From Neoechinorhynchus agilis (taxonomy: Eukaryota; Animalia; Acanthocephala): 64,000 bases of DNA. Of this stretch, positions 25,701 through 38,271 are shown piece by piece (position 1 is the stretch's first letter; each line of letters starts with the position of its first letter). Position numbers and translations under genes: made by a program. Under the pieces are notes generated by a model. That model saw only the letters and a program-made list of their open reading frames with translations, did not search any database and was not told the origin of the DNA. Location: positions 13,990,784 to 14,054,783 of the forward strand of contig CM121341.1 in the NCBI GenBank assembly GCA_051530055.1, in the 5' to 3' direction.

Positions 25701-26450
25701 GACCATCATTACGCGTGCACCGGCTCCCCTCACTTTCAATTAATTCTAACGAGATTTCTCACGTTCAAGCATTTTGCTCCTCTAAATGTCTTACCCTTCA
25801 CTTAACCAAGTGTTTCGAAATCGTCCCATCAATCTCAAATAACCCTTCCGTTCAGCCACTTCTTCGGTTTCTTATCAATCGTATATCCTCTGATCGTATA
25901 CTCGGTCTTCATTTTCAGAAAAATCTAAAGTGGTACAAGCACATTCAAAGTTTCCATTAAGCTCTATCGTCTTAAACGTCTCCGATTCCTTGGATTACCA
26001 TCCCAAGACCTTAAGCACTTCAATATGCCCGCGATTCTTCCAACGCTCACCTTCGCATATCCAACCTTCTGCAATTTTTCCTCTAATCTATTCAAAAAAA
26101 TTTAACACCGTTTCACAAGAGGTGCGCTCTAATCTGCTCCTCCGAACTCCTGCCCTTAGAAGAACACCTTTCTCTATTCTTTCAAAAGCATTCAAAGCGC
26201 TTTCATTCTCTTCCTCCTCTTCAATTTCTAGCACACATTTCTCCTTTTACTCACACTTACAACACTCGTGGTCCTAACTTTTTCCATCCTTCAGTTCCTC
26301 GCACAAATCTCTATCTCCACTTTTTCTTCCCAACCGCTCAATCCTCCAAATGCGAACCGATTCGGGGGAACGAACAGAAAACAACAACCTACTAACTTAA
26401 ACGACTAAGATCAATTAAACCGAACAAATTCAAATAAACCAAAATCACTT
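22720..26450 (+). mobile_element. L2/CR1-like LINE remnants (5' region, APE, RT, 3' end), heavily degraded, probably more than one copy
   Basis: LLPKIDHLSLL..ADILVIVKTWL, IILGDFN, PTRHNSHLDIILT, SSSDH, QLGFRPGFSCTDALL, FFNIFLND, KYFLYVDD, ILGLHFQKNLKW motifs in broken frames. Confidence 0.85.
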
Positions 26451-27453
26451 AACCGACCAAGGAAACGTAATATTAATCTAAATTTCAATGTTTTATCTTA
26501 TTGTAAATCTTGCACTGACAATGGAAAATTCACTAATAATAGGACAGATGTTACCAAATAAATCCTCCAGGATTACAAATGACAAGAAATTAAAAAAGTC
26601 TAAACGGCTACAGTAGTTAGAAAAATAACAAAAACGGTCGCACAATATCAAACATTAACCATAAATCAATGCATATCAATAAGTGGTTATACAAATTCAC
26701 CAATTCCGACCCTGCTCTCGAAACCTCCTTTTTGGAGAATCGGCGATTGTAGCCGACGGAATTTCTTACAGCAAAAATATCGCCTAAAAATAATGGACTG
26801 TGAATTCTGCTGTAAAAACTGATAGAAAAATTACGGAATTTTTTTGAATTAAAGGTTTAAATGGGTAGAAATAATCGAGCGACATATAGATTGCGATTAG
26901 AAAAAGGACATTGTGGTTCAAAGATGACATTCAATGGCTTATAAACTTTCTAATTACAATGAAACATTTTTTTGTCTATTACTCTTTAACAGTGAAACAT
27001 CGTGAAACCAAACCTTCAAAATATCGAAGTAACACGATCGACGTTAAAAAATTAAGTCATTATTCTTCCGTTTTCACACCATTTTCACTCTCATACTTCA
27101 ATTGACTCAGCACTTTGTTTCGTAATTTCGAAAACGGCTTCGTTGTGCTCTTTCTATAAATGATCTTAAAAGACGTCGAGCATTGCAGCTTCTTAAGCTA
27201 TGAATATAAGCAAATTTATAAGCATTTGGACTTTTGCTTATTTGCTTTCGGCTGTCCGTCGATGCAACAATGACGCTGTTTCTCCTTTGGTGGTGTTGGT
27301 GAGTCTTCTTGTGCCACAAAAGATAGATCTATGGAGTCAGTGTTCTTTGTTGCTTAAAGCGTTGGATGGCCCAGATATTGTCGATCTTTAAGTTAAAAGA
27401 TCCGCAGCTGAGGTTTTGTTGTGGTCGAGAGCTCTGAAGACATCGTTTTAAGT

Positions 27454-27490
27454 TAGTGCTGCCCAACCTTTTTAACACCACGGGCCACTA
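27454..27490. mobile_element. Possible hAT-like DNA transposon terminus
   Basis: tagtgctgcccaacctttttaacaccacgggcc resembles CAGTGNTNCCCAACCTTTT-type hAT ends. No matching opposite end found. Confidence 0.3.
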
Positions 27491-28215
27491 ATTTTTCTAG
27501 TCCCAGGGTCACGGCAGAAAACTGAAGGTCGTAAAAACCTTAAATTAATGCAATGCCTGTAAAAATTATTCATAGTCGTTTCTTTTTATTAAAATTTAGT
27601 CAATAATAATTTATGCCTTATAATAGTTCAGAGCACAAACGTATAACAATCATTGAATACAGTTTGAAAGAACACTCAAGCACGTCTTAGTGAAATATTT
27701 TAGCTGAATCTGCAATTTTTTAAAAATTGCGATTTGTATTCATTAACTGACTCCCTTTCTTGTGCACAATCGAAGATGTATTTTCCTTGATTCTTTTCAT
27801 AGATTTTAATTTTGGCGAACGAAATCTTATTTCGCTCAAAACCAGATATTCCCATAAGTCACGTTTATTAGATTATCATTGATATCAGGTTTTTCACGTA
27901 GATGATTTCCTTCAAACACTAAAATTTGTGCTATTTGATAGGTTAGATGTTCGTCAGTAAAAGTTTCGTTTTTTTCGACTTGATGTTATTAATTGTTAGA
28001 AATCCAGTTTCACAAACAATTCCAAACATTGTCAATAACTTTTTACATCATTTCGATATCTGTAGAAATTCATCATCCAGAACTACGTTGATAGCGTATC
28101 CTTGAGTTTCTTATGAAAAGCCATACAATGTTGCATTTCAATTATTTTAAGCAATATTGTACCTTCATCTCCTCCCAATAACTGCATATTTGTCGCTGCG
28201 ATGGAAATATCACAT

Positions 28216-28326
28216 TGTAGAGAGAGTCGCAATTTCTATCTTCCAAGCCACGACCACCTCTGGTTATATACATGCACACCTGACAGACCTCTGATGTCAT
28301 CAGATTGTGTAGTCGTTGCCGCCACA
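28216..28326 (-). mobile_element. Solo LTR of the Ty3/gypsy element at 50383-52340
   Basis: TGT...ACA ends, near-identical to 52232-52340, flanked by 4-bp target-site duplication ACAT/ACAT. Confidence 0.9.
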
Positions 28327-29617
28327 ACATAGAATTTAGACTGCGAATGTCCGAAACGAGTTAAGAATAAATATATTTATCAAGTGCTGCAGTTATTTTT
28401 TTCAGGCGCACCACCAGTCGACTTCTTAAATTTTGGGATCCGAACCCAAGATTTGGTTTTCTGAGAGCACGTTAACCAGCTAGACTAGAAGATCAAACAA
28501 ATACAGCAAACGATAATATTTATAGAATTACAGCACTACAAGACGAATAGTGTTATCATGAACATCTCAATAGAGTAGGAATTATTTTTTAGAAAAACAA
28601 ATAGCAAAATAATTTGATTTATTTTTGAATCATATAATGGAATACGTTTGTTATTATCGTTCGGCAGCTTCCTTGATGGCCGCCTCAACAGGAAGCTGCT
28701 GGAGCGCATGTCGGCGGTGGCATATTTCAGCATCTTTCCCAGCCGGGAAAGGAAATAATCGGCTTCCTTTCCGAGGCATCCTGGCGTTTCCACCGATATC
28801 GGGATTAATACATATTGATGCCCATAAAGCGAGGAGTACTTATGCCGCTTCTTTTCCTCGCTGAAGCTGGCGACTGCTCCCGGCTTTGAAGTGGCATTCC
28901 GTAAGTGCGACGCTGCGAGCGTGTTGAGGCAAGTAAAATCCCAAACTAGTATTTTCCCGGAACACCATGGAATAAAATTCGCTCCATCAGGGCGTTTACC
29001 GTCGTTCCGGGAAAGTTCGACTGGCTCGAGTCGAGCGGAAAAACCGGCCGTTGAGAGGGCATTCTTAATTATGCGGTTGCCTGCTTAGTGCCATGCGTGG
29101 CGAGCAGTTGAACGCTTGCAATCAAGGCCGTTAGACTGTAACAGCTTTAGCTGAAGAGAATTTAGAACGTACCTTCGTCCACGGTTTGAAGGTCGGCGGC
29201 ATTCCCTAGTATTTTATAAAAAGTAATGATGTGCATGCGAGTAATTTCAACTCAAGCATGGCGATTTCCTAAAAATTCGCATACGTTACCTTTTCAACTT
29301 GTGCGCAATCGAAGATGTATTTTCTCACTTAGATGATTTCCTTTAAACACTAAAATTTGTGTTGCTTGATGGGTTTGGCGAAAACTTTGTAAGTCGTAAG
29401 TTAAGATACGTGATTATGGTTTAAAATCGCTTTGGTTTTATTTTCATCGACCAAGAAAGATTTAATATAATTGGTCACTTGTAGTCACAAGCCAAGAAGG
29501 CTGTTGAGAACAATGAGAATAACTGAAGAACGTGAAGCTTTACAAGAGTGTCTAATTGTTTTTACTTCGATCACGGGCATTGGAAGTGATCTACTAAAAC
29601 TATTTAAAATGGATGTA

Positions 29618-31011
29618 TCACAAAGTAGCTATTTCATCATCCTCTTCCAGTTCATCTATCTCGTGTTCGTCCTTATTGAGAGCCCATGGTTGCACCTCCG
29701 CGGTTCCCGTCAATATAAAGGATAATCCCGAAATGAAATAGCAAACGGCACAAATGCTAAATACAATGCGCCACTGACTTGCCAATCCATCTTTCACTAT
29801 CACGCCGACCATTGTCGGGCACAATACTCCAGGCAGGATTCCAAACGTGTTAGAAATACCCCAGATTATGCCAGCAAATCTTGGTGCCATGTCGCTGCCA
29901 ATGCAAGACAACCCACCTCCTGTATTAAATCCTGTCGTCGCCAAGACCAGCGTAAACAGCAGGGTACCGACCCAAGCTGTTTTAGCAGTCACAAATCCTG
30001 TAAGTAATATGAAAATTCAAGGTAGAAAGTTTCCGAGTGCTGTAAAGATTTTTCGTGCCATTGTACGATCCATCGTTCCGGCGTTAATAAGTTTATCACA
30101 CATTACTCTGCTGATCAAAGTAATTAGCCAATAGAAGATGTATGGTACCGAACTCAGAAATCCGCATCTCTTTACGTTGAAATTCTGAACGTCCTTGCTG
30201 TACGTACTAATGTTTGTTAGAAGAGTAAAAAATCCAACAGCTTTGAAAAAATGGGATATAAACATTCCCCAACAAGGGGTTGATGTAAATATGGTATTGT
30301 ACGGAACTTTGGAGCTTCGCCACTTGCTGAGGAAATTGGTTTGTTGAGGCAAATATACTCAAGTTCTCGTTTTGAGATAAAGTGATGATCTTCTGGCCGC
30401 GATCTGGCACGCAGAAAACCAGGGGCCATCCCCCCAAAAACGATTGCTCGCAAAGTACGGCGGATAACGGAAGAGCGACAATCCCCGGAATTGTTTATAG
30501 CATTCAATTGACTTCTTTCTTGAGCAGGAGAGTAAATGCAAGAGCGCAGGCCAGCTGACGCTTGCAAGAAATCCAAGAAAAAACCGAACAATAAACATTA
30601 GCACTGGACCCATTTTTGCTGCGAATGGTGTTGCTAGTGTGCACAAAGAACTCCCGGTTACTGATATGATCAATACTCGTTGAGATCCCAGTTTGTAGGC
30701 TAAGACGCCTCCAATTGCCTGAGTTAAAAGATATCCGTAAAAATACGCTGACAAAATGTATCCTTGGACATTCCTATTCCATTGAATCACATTCTTATTG
30801 GAGAGGACGTTTTCAGTTCTTGATATTGATCTTTGGTTTCATTGAACGCAACGCTGGTCAAGTTTGCTTTATCCGTCATGCTAACAATCGCCTGAGTAAG
30901 ATTTAGGCGTTGGAGGTAGTTAACAACCAAGCAGAAACATGCCAAGATGGCGATCATAAACCGGGTTGAGCAAATTAGTCGAATAGCTGGAGCGTTTCTA
31001 TGTTGATTCAT
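29618..31011 (-). pseudogene. SLC17 (sialin/anion:cation symporter, MFS) intronless pseudogene
   Basis: TRFMIAIL..QRLNL, QGYILSAYFYGYLLTQ, GGWPLVF, HHFISKRELEYI, FAGIIWGISNTFG, WRIVF motifs. Several frameshifts with no room for introns and an in-frame TGA at about 30017. Confidence 0.85.
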
Positions 31012-33200
31012 CTATAAATGCGATTCCACAGGAAAAGTTCGTAAAGATTTCTAAGTTCGATTTCTGCATACCCATGTAATTGTCGCTCTTTTCTCTGTAG
31101 ATTGAAGTGATTGCTGCGAATCGACGAAAAGTAATTTGCGGGTTGAGTTCACAATTTCACAAAAAATATCTTAGAGTGTGAGTTAAGAAGCTGTTTTTCG
31201 CAGTGAGAGTTCGTTAACGAAAATCGATACTCCTTGGATGTATTAAAAATGTGCCCTACCTTAACTCACAAAGGAAAACCTCTTGGGCTCTATTCAATTG
31301 ATGATCTTGTCAATACAAACATTACCCAGAAAGTTGCGACGAATTAAGAAGATAATTATAATGCTGCTTAATATGGATTTGAGCTACAACCAGTAAGGTT
31401 CAAAGAAACCGACCAATCCGCTAATCTTTTTTCAATTTTTGTTGGCGACCAGCTTAACCGCTTCAAAGGAAAACGTTAAAATAAAACCCAAACATCGTAG
31501 AAATTCGGATAAAATGATGACCATGATAACGAGAAAGATATCTCTAAAATAAGAAAGATCACCTAAATGCCACATTGATTTGTTTTCATGTATAAAGTTT
31601 TATGAGACCTGGATCGCTGATAATGCAAAAAAAATGAAGTTCAGATTGCTTGCTTAAAGAATTTGGGGTAAGATGAACAGAGCTGAAAATTTATGGTAAA
31701 AAATTAATACTAGGTTTTAGCTAACTGACTGGTGTGAATATGATGACAGTAATTTATTAATCACCGAGAGAAATTCCTCCGGGATGGAAGAGCTATTCAA
31801 TACAAAAATAACCAATAAGTTTTTAGATGTGTTTTATTCAGGATTTACAAAATGTGAGTGGTACAATGTAAATATTTAAAGTCGATTAAAGCCGTGGCAG
31901 AAGGATAGCGCCTTGGGCTAGGGAGATTTTTCGTACTTCGTAATTTTGTTGGAAGATTTAAGTATTGTTAGAAACGTGTGGCCTTGATCTTTATTATCAT
32001 CGCACAGGTAAAAGATAAAGAAAAACTAACAGCGCATTTTATAACTATAAAATTCAATTATGCCTATAATTAGACATCGTATAAGATTTTAGGCCAACGT
32101 TTTTTGCATCGCTAGTTATTTTAGGGTCTAATTTTTGCTTTGATGTTTTCAAAAAGCCCAATGTTTTTGCTATAATTTCACCAAATCATTATTAAAAAGA
32201 TTTTACTGGCCCGGTAGTCCATCGAACAATTTAGATTGCCACAACGCATTTTAAAGGGATGCATTCACAAAAGTATTTATAACTTTTACTAGGGATTTGG
32301 ATGATAGGTGGCACAAATTTAATCATCTTCATGGTTTGCAAACAATTATAATCCCATCAAGGAAAGCATATTACCGGCCGGGTTCACCGTGTAACTCTCA
32401 TTTGCAACACTCAACGATTGCAACAAATTCTTGAGCGCCTCACATTCATTAACATACCCGAGCTCGGAATCGTTTTCACTGTCCGATGACTGTGACGAAC
32501 TGGTATATAACAACACTTTGTCTATACTCGATAATATTGGTTGTTTTAGGGCGAAGAACCTTGATAAAGGCACAAGGTTGTGCCGAAATATTGAAACCAA
32601 TAAATCCTATTTTTACGCTAGATGCAAACACAAACGAAATATATCCATGGACAACTTCTTTACAACAACCACAAATTATCTTCTTTTACTCAAAAGTTAA
32701 TAGTACACGAAAACAAGTGAAAAAAATTGTAGCATGGAATTCACTGAAACTTTATTACTTGGAACATAAGAAGTGCAGATATGAAAAAATTTATTTCAAA
32801 GATTTTCACTACGAACCTTTGAGATTGGTTTTAATTTGAATTTCATCAAAAGAATTTAAGTATCAAATATTTGTAATTAAGAATTCATAATGTGCTTGTA
32901 CCCCGGTATATGATCACATTTTTCTCAGCAATATCGAATCATTTTGTGAATTGTCGTCAAATGCGATAAACTCCAAAATCTGATCTTTATAGCACCGTTC
33001 AAAAGGCTATTGAATTCGTTCCCGTGAAAACGTAAACGAAACAATTATTCAGTCCACTCATTGCTTAGTCGCCTGATAACTATCGCCTTATCGTTGCTAG
33101 ATTATCATTTTCCGATCCAGTAGCTGGTCGTTTTTGGTTCTTTTATAGTGGATCATCAATTGAAGGCGAGTTCGGAATATGATGTGTGAAAATTGGAGGA

Positions 33201-35168
33201 CTAAATTTCTCTTATCTTTGTATACCTTCGACGTTTTGCGTTCAATCAGCGAATCCTTTATTAAATCAAAATTTTCACAGAATCGCTGGGTAAGACAAAA
33301 GAAGTTCAGCCTTAGTAGACTTGAGGGTGCATCGATTACGAGACCCACTCACGAAACATTTTACATAGAATCCATTATGGAAGGCATTTTAGATGAAAAC
33401 AATTAAATCTGTGACGCGTGATGATTGTAAATGAGCAACAAAATCATTGTGAAAAACTCACGTTTTGTTTGCAGTCAATGCGATAAACTCCAAAATCTGA
33501 TCTTTATAGCTTCGTCCAAAACAACATTTTGTCTATACTCTTTAAAATTTTTTTTTCAAACACGTGCTTTTTATTTAACCAAAAGCATGCATACATAATT
33601 TATAGTTTCTTCGACACTCCTATTCATCGGCGCTGGCCAAAATGCTAACCGCATTGCCCCGCTGCACCGCAATGCTTATTTTTTGCGCCCCAAATGAAAC
33701 GAAATAATGATAGGCATAAGATCGTGCCGAAATATCGGATTTAAAATAATGATTTCAATTTCTTCGCCATTGAACAACCAATTTGAACAGTTCAATCTTC
33801 AAACACTTTAAAATCTCATTTCCGTTAATAGTAGGGCAATCATTCTTCATACTCAAAGGTTCCTCGGAGCCTTCCATCAATCCACTTCTGCCCTTGACAA
33901 AGTCACCGATCGCCTTTGATATAAGATCAGGTAGAAATCTAACGTTCATGGAAGATGTCACATATTCTTCATGAAGTTCCGGCACAACGCCAAGTTGGTT
34001 TACGCAATCCGTCTTAGGTGCTTTAAGCCAAACGCAATACAGTTTGGCGCTAGAAGTACTTTGATAAGAAGGATTCCAAAGGACGGCCGATACGCTCCGG
34101 ACTGCATTGACTTTGGAATGCAGCATTTTGTGAATGCGTGCCGTCATTTCAATTCCAGTTGCTTGTCGGCTTCAAAAACAATCGTGCGAATGTTTGAATT
34201 GTATAAAAACTGGTGACATATTGAAAACAGAGAAATTTTATTCTGTTGAATCTCTTTTGCGATTTTTTTACAAGGCATGTGATTTCAAACGATTTCGAAC
34301 AGCACTTCGGATCTGTGTATTTGAATATTTTTGCTTTTATATTAAAAAGGAATCGATTAGTAAAATTTATAGAGCAATAGTTGATTTTTTTCAGCCTGAT
34401 TTTTGGACTAACTTCGCCAGGGACGGTCCCAAGCCCAGCTGAAAAAGGAGGAGGGTTGGCTGTAAAATTCTTGCCAAATGTTGGCCCAAAAGACAACCTA
34501 CAATCGAATCAACCAAAGGACTAAGGCGTCTCCTATATGCGACGCGCAAGTTCTTCACCCGGAGCTTGTGTTAAATCATCAAGGGCTACCGAGGCATGGA
34601 CGGTCTCGGCTAAAGAAATTAGTCTATATAACTGACCTAAGAATAGCAGCGCTAAATGTGGGATCGATGACGGGAAGGGTCGAGAAATAGTTGATATGAT
34701 GAGAAGGATCGGCATACTAGGAGTGCAGGAGACCAGGTGGAAAGGAGTGAAAGCCCGTGAACTAGGCGATGGTTATAAAATAATATATAGTGGCGAACCA
34801 AGTTGCAGGAATGGGGTGGGAGTCATCATGGAAAACGGACTAGTCGATTGCGTTTTGGAAGTGATCAGAATAAATGGTAGGATTATATCGGTGCGATTCG
34901 ATTTAGGAGGAGAGGATATCACCATAATATCGGTCTATGCCCAGCAAATCGCATGTACGGAGGAAGAGAAACAGCAATTTTGGCAAAGCTTATCGGATAC
35001 TTTTGCGAACTCGAAGAGCACTCGTTATGCGATTACAGGAGAGTTCAATGGACATGTGAGAAATAGAGGCGGTTACGAACGAATGCATGGTGGGCACAGC
35101 ATTGGTGAACGAAACGCCGAAGGGGAGAAGCTTCTCTACTTGGCCGTTTCAAGAGAACTGCGACTGGC
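33201..35168. repeat. Segmental duplication copy B (partner 7729-9582)
   Basis: Near identity to copy A. Confidence 0.95.
34405..34459 (+). ncRNA. Twister ribozyme-like motif at RTE 5' end (duplicate of 8800-8854)
   Basis: Identical core sequence to the 8800 copy. Confidence 0.65.
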
Positions 35169-35580
35169 TGCGGAGCACAAAAGAAGCGATCTTTCTAATC
35201 AGACAATTGTACGAAAGATACAATGAAAAACGAAGCCGATATACAGTGCATTTGTGGACGAGAGACCTAATATGGACGTGCCCAAGAAAGAACTGTCCCG
35301 AGGAATACATAATAGCAATCTAGATCATGTACGAAGGATCCTGCACTTGTGTCAGATGCGGTGTGGGGGAGATAAACTATTTTGAGGTTACAGTTGGATT
35401 GCATCAGGGATCAGTTCTCTGTCCGTTCCTATTCGTCGCGATCATGGATGTGTTGGATTCTAAGCAAATCGCCCGAAAGCCTCCATGGACACTATTGTTC
35501 GCTGACGACTTGACACGTGAAGAGGCTCAGCGAAGTCTGGAAGGGTGCCGCGAAGCATTGGAAGCCAGCGGTCACCAGTC
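34409..35580 (+). mobile_element. RTE-clade LINE with a large internal deletion
   Basis: APE ORF 34696-35226 jumps to RT motifs GLHQGSVLCPFLF and LLFADD at 35327-35593. Confidence 0.9.
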
Positions 35581-36409
35581 AAAGAATTCTTAAACAACGT
35601 AACGACGTTAAACTATTAAAGAGAAGTCGTTTAATAACGCAAAAAAGACAATAAAATGGCGATATGATTTTCTTTGAGCAGTCCTGGACACTTTTCTCCA
35701 TTTCGGTGGCGCTATCAGATACATGTTTATGAAACTCCCAAACAACTGTTTCGTCTCTCAAAATGTATCTTTCCATTAACGACGAAAATCCTGTCATCGA
35801 TATTGTCAACCAAATCTTCTTCATATAGGAAATAGGCGCACTCAACCAATAAGAACTGACAACTTTCGGCTGGATTAATTATTCGTATCAGACGTTCGTT
35901 TTATGCACTAAAATCGAATAATAGTTTCGTGAGCATCCATTCGTTGTGTATGATGACGGGTTGTGTGGCACGATCGGATTTCATTTCTAGGCCAAAAATA
36001 CATTGTTGTCAAATGAGGACTGTGCACATTGGACATCTTTGTGGGCATTGGATATAATTTTTTAAATTAACTGAAGAGTGATTACTAATACAAAAAAGAT
36101 ACAAAAAGGAAAATCTTAACGCGAAAACAAATTCTGTCAAACATATGCAATCGTCGACGATCTCGTACTTTTCCATCGTGATCAATTGTTCCGTTTAAAA
36201 AAGGAACTGAGGAACTCCAAAATGATTGTACCATGATTCCGGGCATTCGCGAACAGCTTTATTCAGTGAGTAATTTAGCAATCTATAACTGCGCTTAATG
36301 AATATCTCACAGAGAACAACCGATTCCATTTCCGAGAATCTAAAATGTAAGCAGCGTTTATGGAAACATAGCATTCACAAAAAACTAATTTAAAATAAGA
36401 ATCAATAAA

Positions 36410-36960
36410 GCTTGAGGGGAACTGTGATATTAGCCAGTTCTCCATCCGCCTCTTTTATTGCCCTAAACATCTTTACTTCACAATCATCCATTTCAAACTT
36501 CTCAATTTCGTTCTTTATGATCTTAACTGCAAGGTTGCGGTTGGATCCTCCCTGTTTGCATTTGAGGATTTGTTCGAAGTTGCCCTCGCCAATGATTAAT
36601 GGAATCTATAACCTGTTTTTATTCGACGGTGGACAAATTAGCGAAGGGATCCGGATGGCGCAGACCAAGAGAGTCCTTGACGGCCCACCACCATGTTGAG
36701 TGGCCACCTGATCGAATTTTGGAGGAGAGGAGTCTGATATTGCGACTGTAATAAAAGGTAACGATAGTAAAAGCGAAAGTGATTCAGCTGAAGTTACTAC
36801 TAAGAAAGGTACGGTTGAACAAAAGGATGGATATAAAGTTGACACCAACACCATCAAAATCAATCAACCCTCCGATTCATTTCTCTGATGATATGCCTTC
36901 TCCACTAATCCATCATCCCTCGCCGTTCTGAATTCGGCCCATCTTATCATGCACTCCTCC
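36410..36960. mobile_element. L2/CR1-like LINE 5'-region fragment
   Basis: 36760-36930 matches 22770-22970 (aaagcgaaag.gattcagctg.ag.tactactaagaaag.tacgg). Confidence 0.55.
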
Positions 36961-38271
36961 CTCTGGATCAAAAATTTCTCGAACAACTATACAGATCAAT
37001 TGAAAAGAGATAGTAGTTTTAACATCTCAATTGATTTTATTAAAAAGAAGATTCTGTATTTTAATTTTTTACCAAACCCGTCGATAATATCTGAGAAATA
37101 GATCATAATTAACAGCGTCGTTAAAATTCTTATTTAAAAATTTAGAATAGCAAAACCAGCAAAAAGATAAAATAAACAAAACGGCTTACGTTTTAAGATT
37201 TTAAGCGTCTTTATACGAACGCAAGTCTTTAGCTTGTTAACAAGCGAATGTAAGCCCGTTTGCTTATTGGGTAAAAAAGTATTATTCTAACCAATCGGAT
37301 CTGAAAAGAAGTTAAAAAATTTCCCAACATCGCAGGTTTATTTAGGGGCTTAAATTCCATATTAAATAAGATCACATCCAGCGAAGAAAGTAGCAATATT
37401 TTCTAAGATGATAGTTCGATGTATTTATATACTTCAATGACGTTCTTGCTAGGCTTAAAGTTGACGTTAGGAGCAAAAGAAGCAATGTATTCAAATGCGA
37501 ATTAATAAATAGAAGAAAAATTATAGGAAAACGTTATATCTTTTGCTAAAAATTTCGAGGGGCGATGATACAGACACATGCGTCCAAAAGATTCAGACGA
37601 ATCACTGTCGTTCCGAGATCAGAAGCATTCCTCGTACAAAACATGAGTCTGGCTGTGCAACGAGACGGAACGCTGAATCCGTCCTTACCAGGACGGCGGC
37701 TGAGTGATCCAGAGCGATAGTGTGAATGATTTAACTTTAATTCCATACTAAAAAGCACACTAAATTCTAAAAAAATGCATATACAAAAAGCTAATAATTA
37801 GATCTTGTATTTACCTCCCAATTGTCGAGCGGAAATGATTTGTAAATTCAACTCATCGATGAAAACATGATTACTCATAGAGGATTGTTATACAATAAAT
37901 CGTTTTCGTGCCATTATAACAAATATATTTAAGGTAAATTTTTTGCAGACATCACTAACCTTTTTTTGGATTAATTTCCATTTTCGACAGTTAAAAAATC
38001 TTACGCCTTCGTAAATCAATTTTTTCTATGTAGTAATAAAGTTGGAAGATCATACAAGAACTTTACTCGTCATCTTAGTTTAGATATACACAACCTCTAA
38101 CGAAAAAGCGAATGCAGTTTATTAAGTGAATTACTATGATAATTTTGTATTCAACTAAAAGCGAAAATTGCTTTATTGTCTTAAATTTTGCAAATAATAT
38201 TGAATAAGTACAGAAAAATGCGAATTTTCGCATTGCATGAACTAAATTAGATTTTCAGAATTACAACGTAA

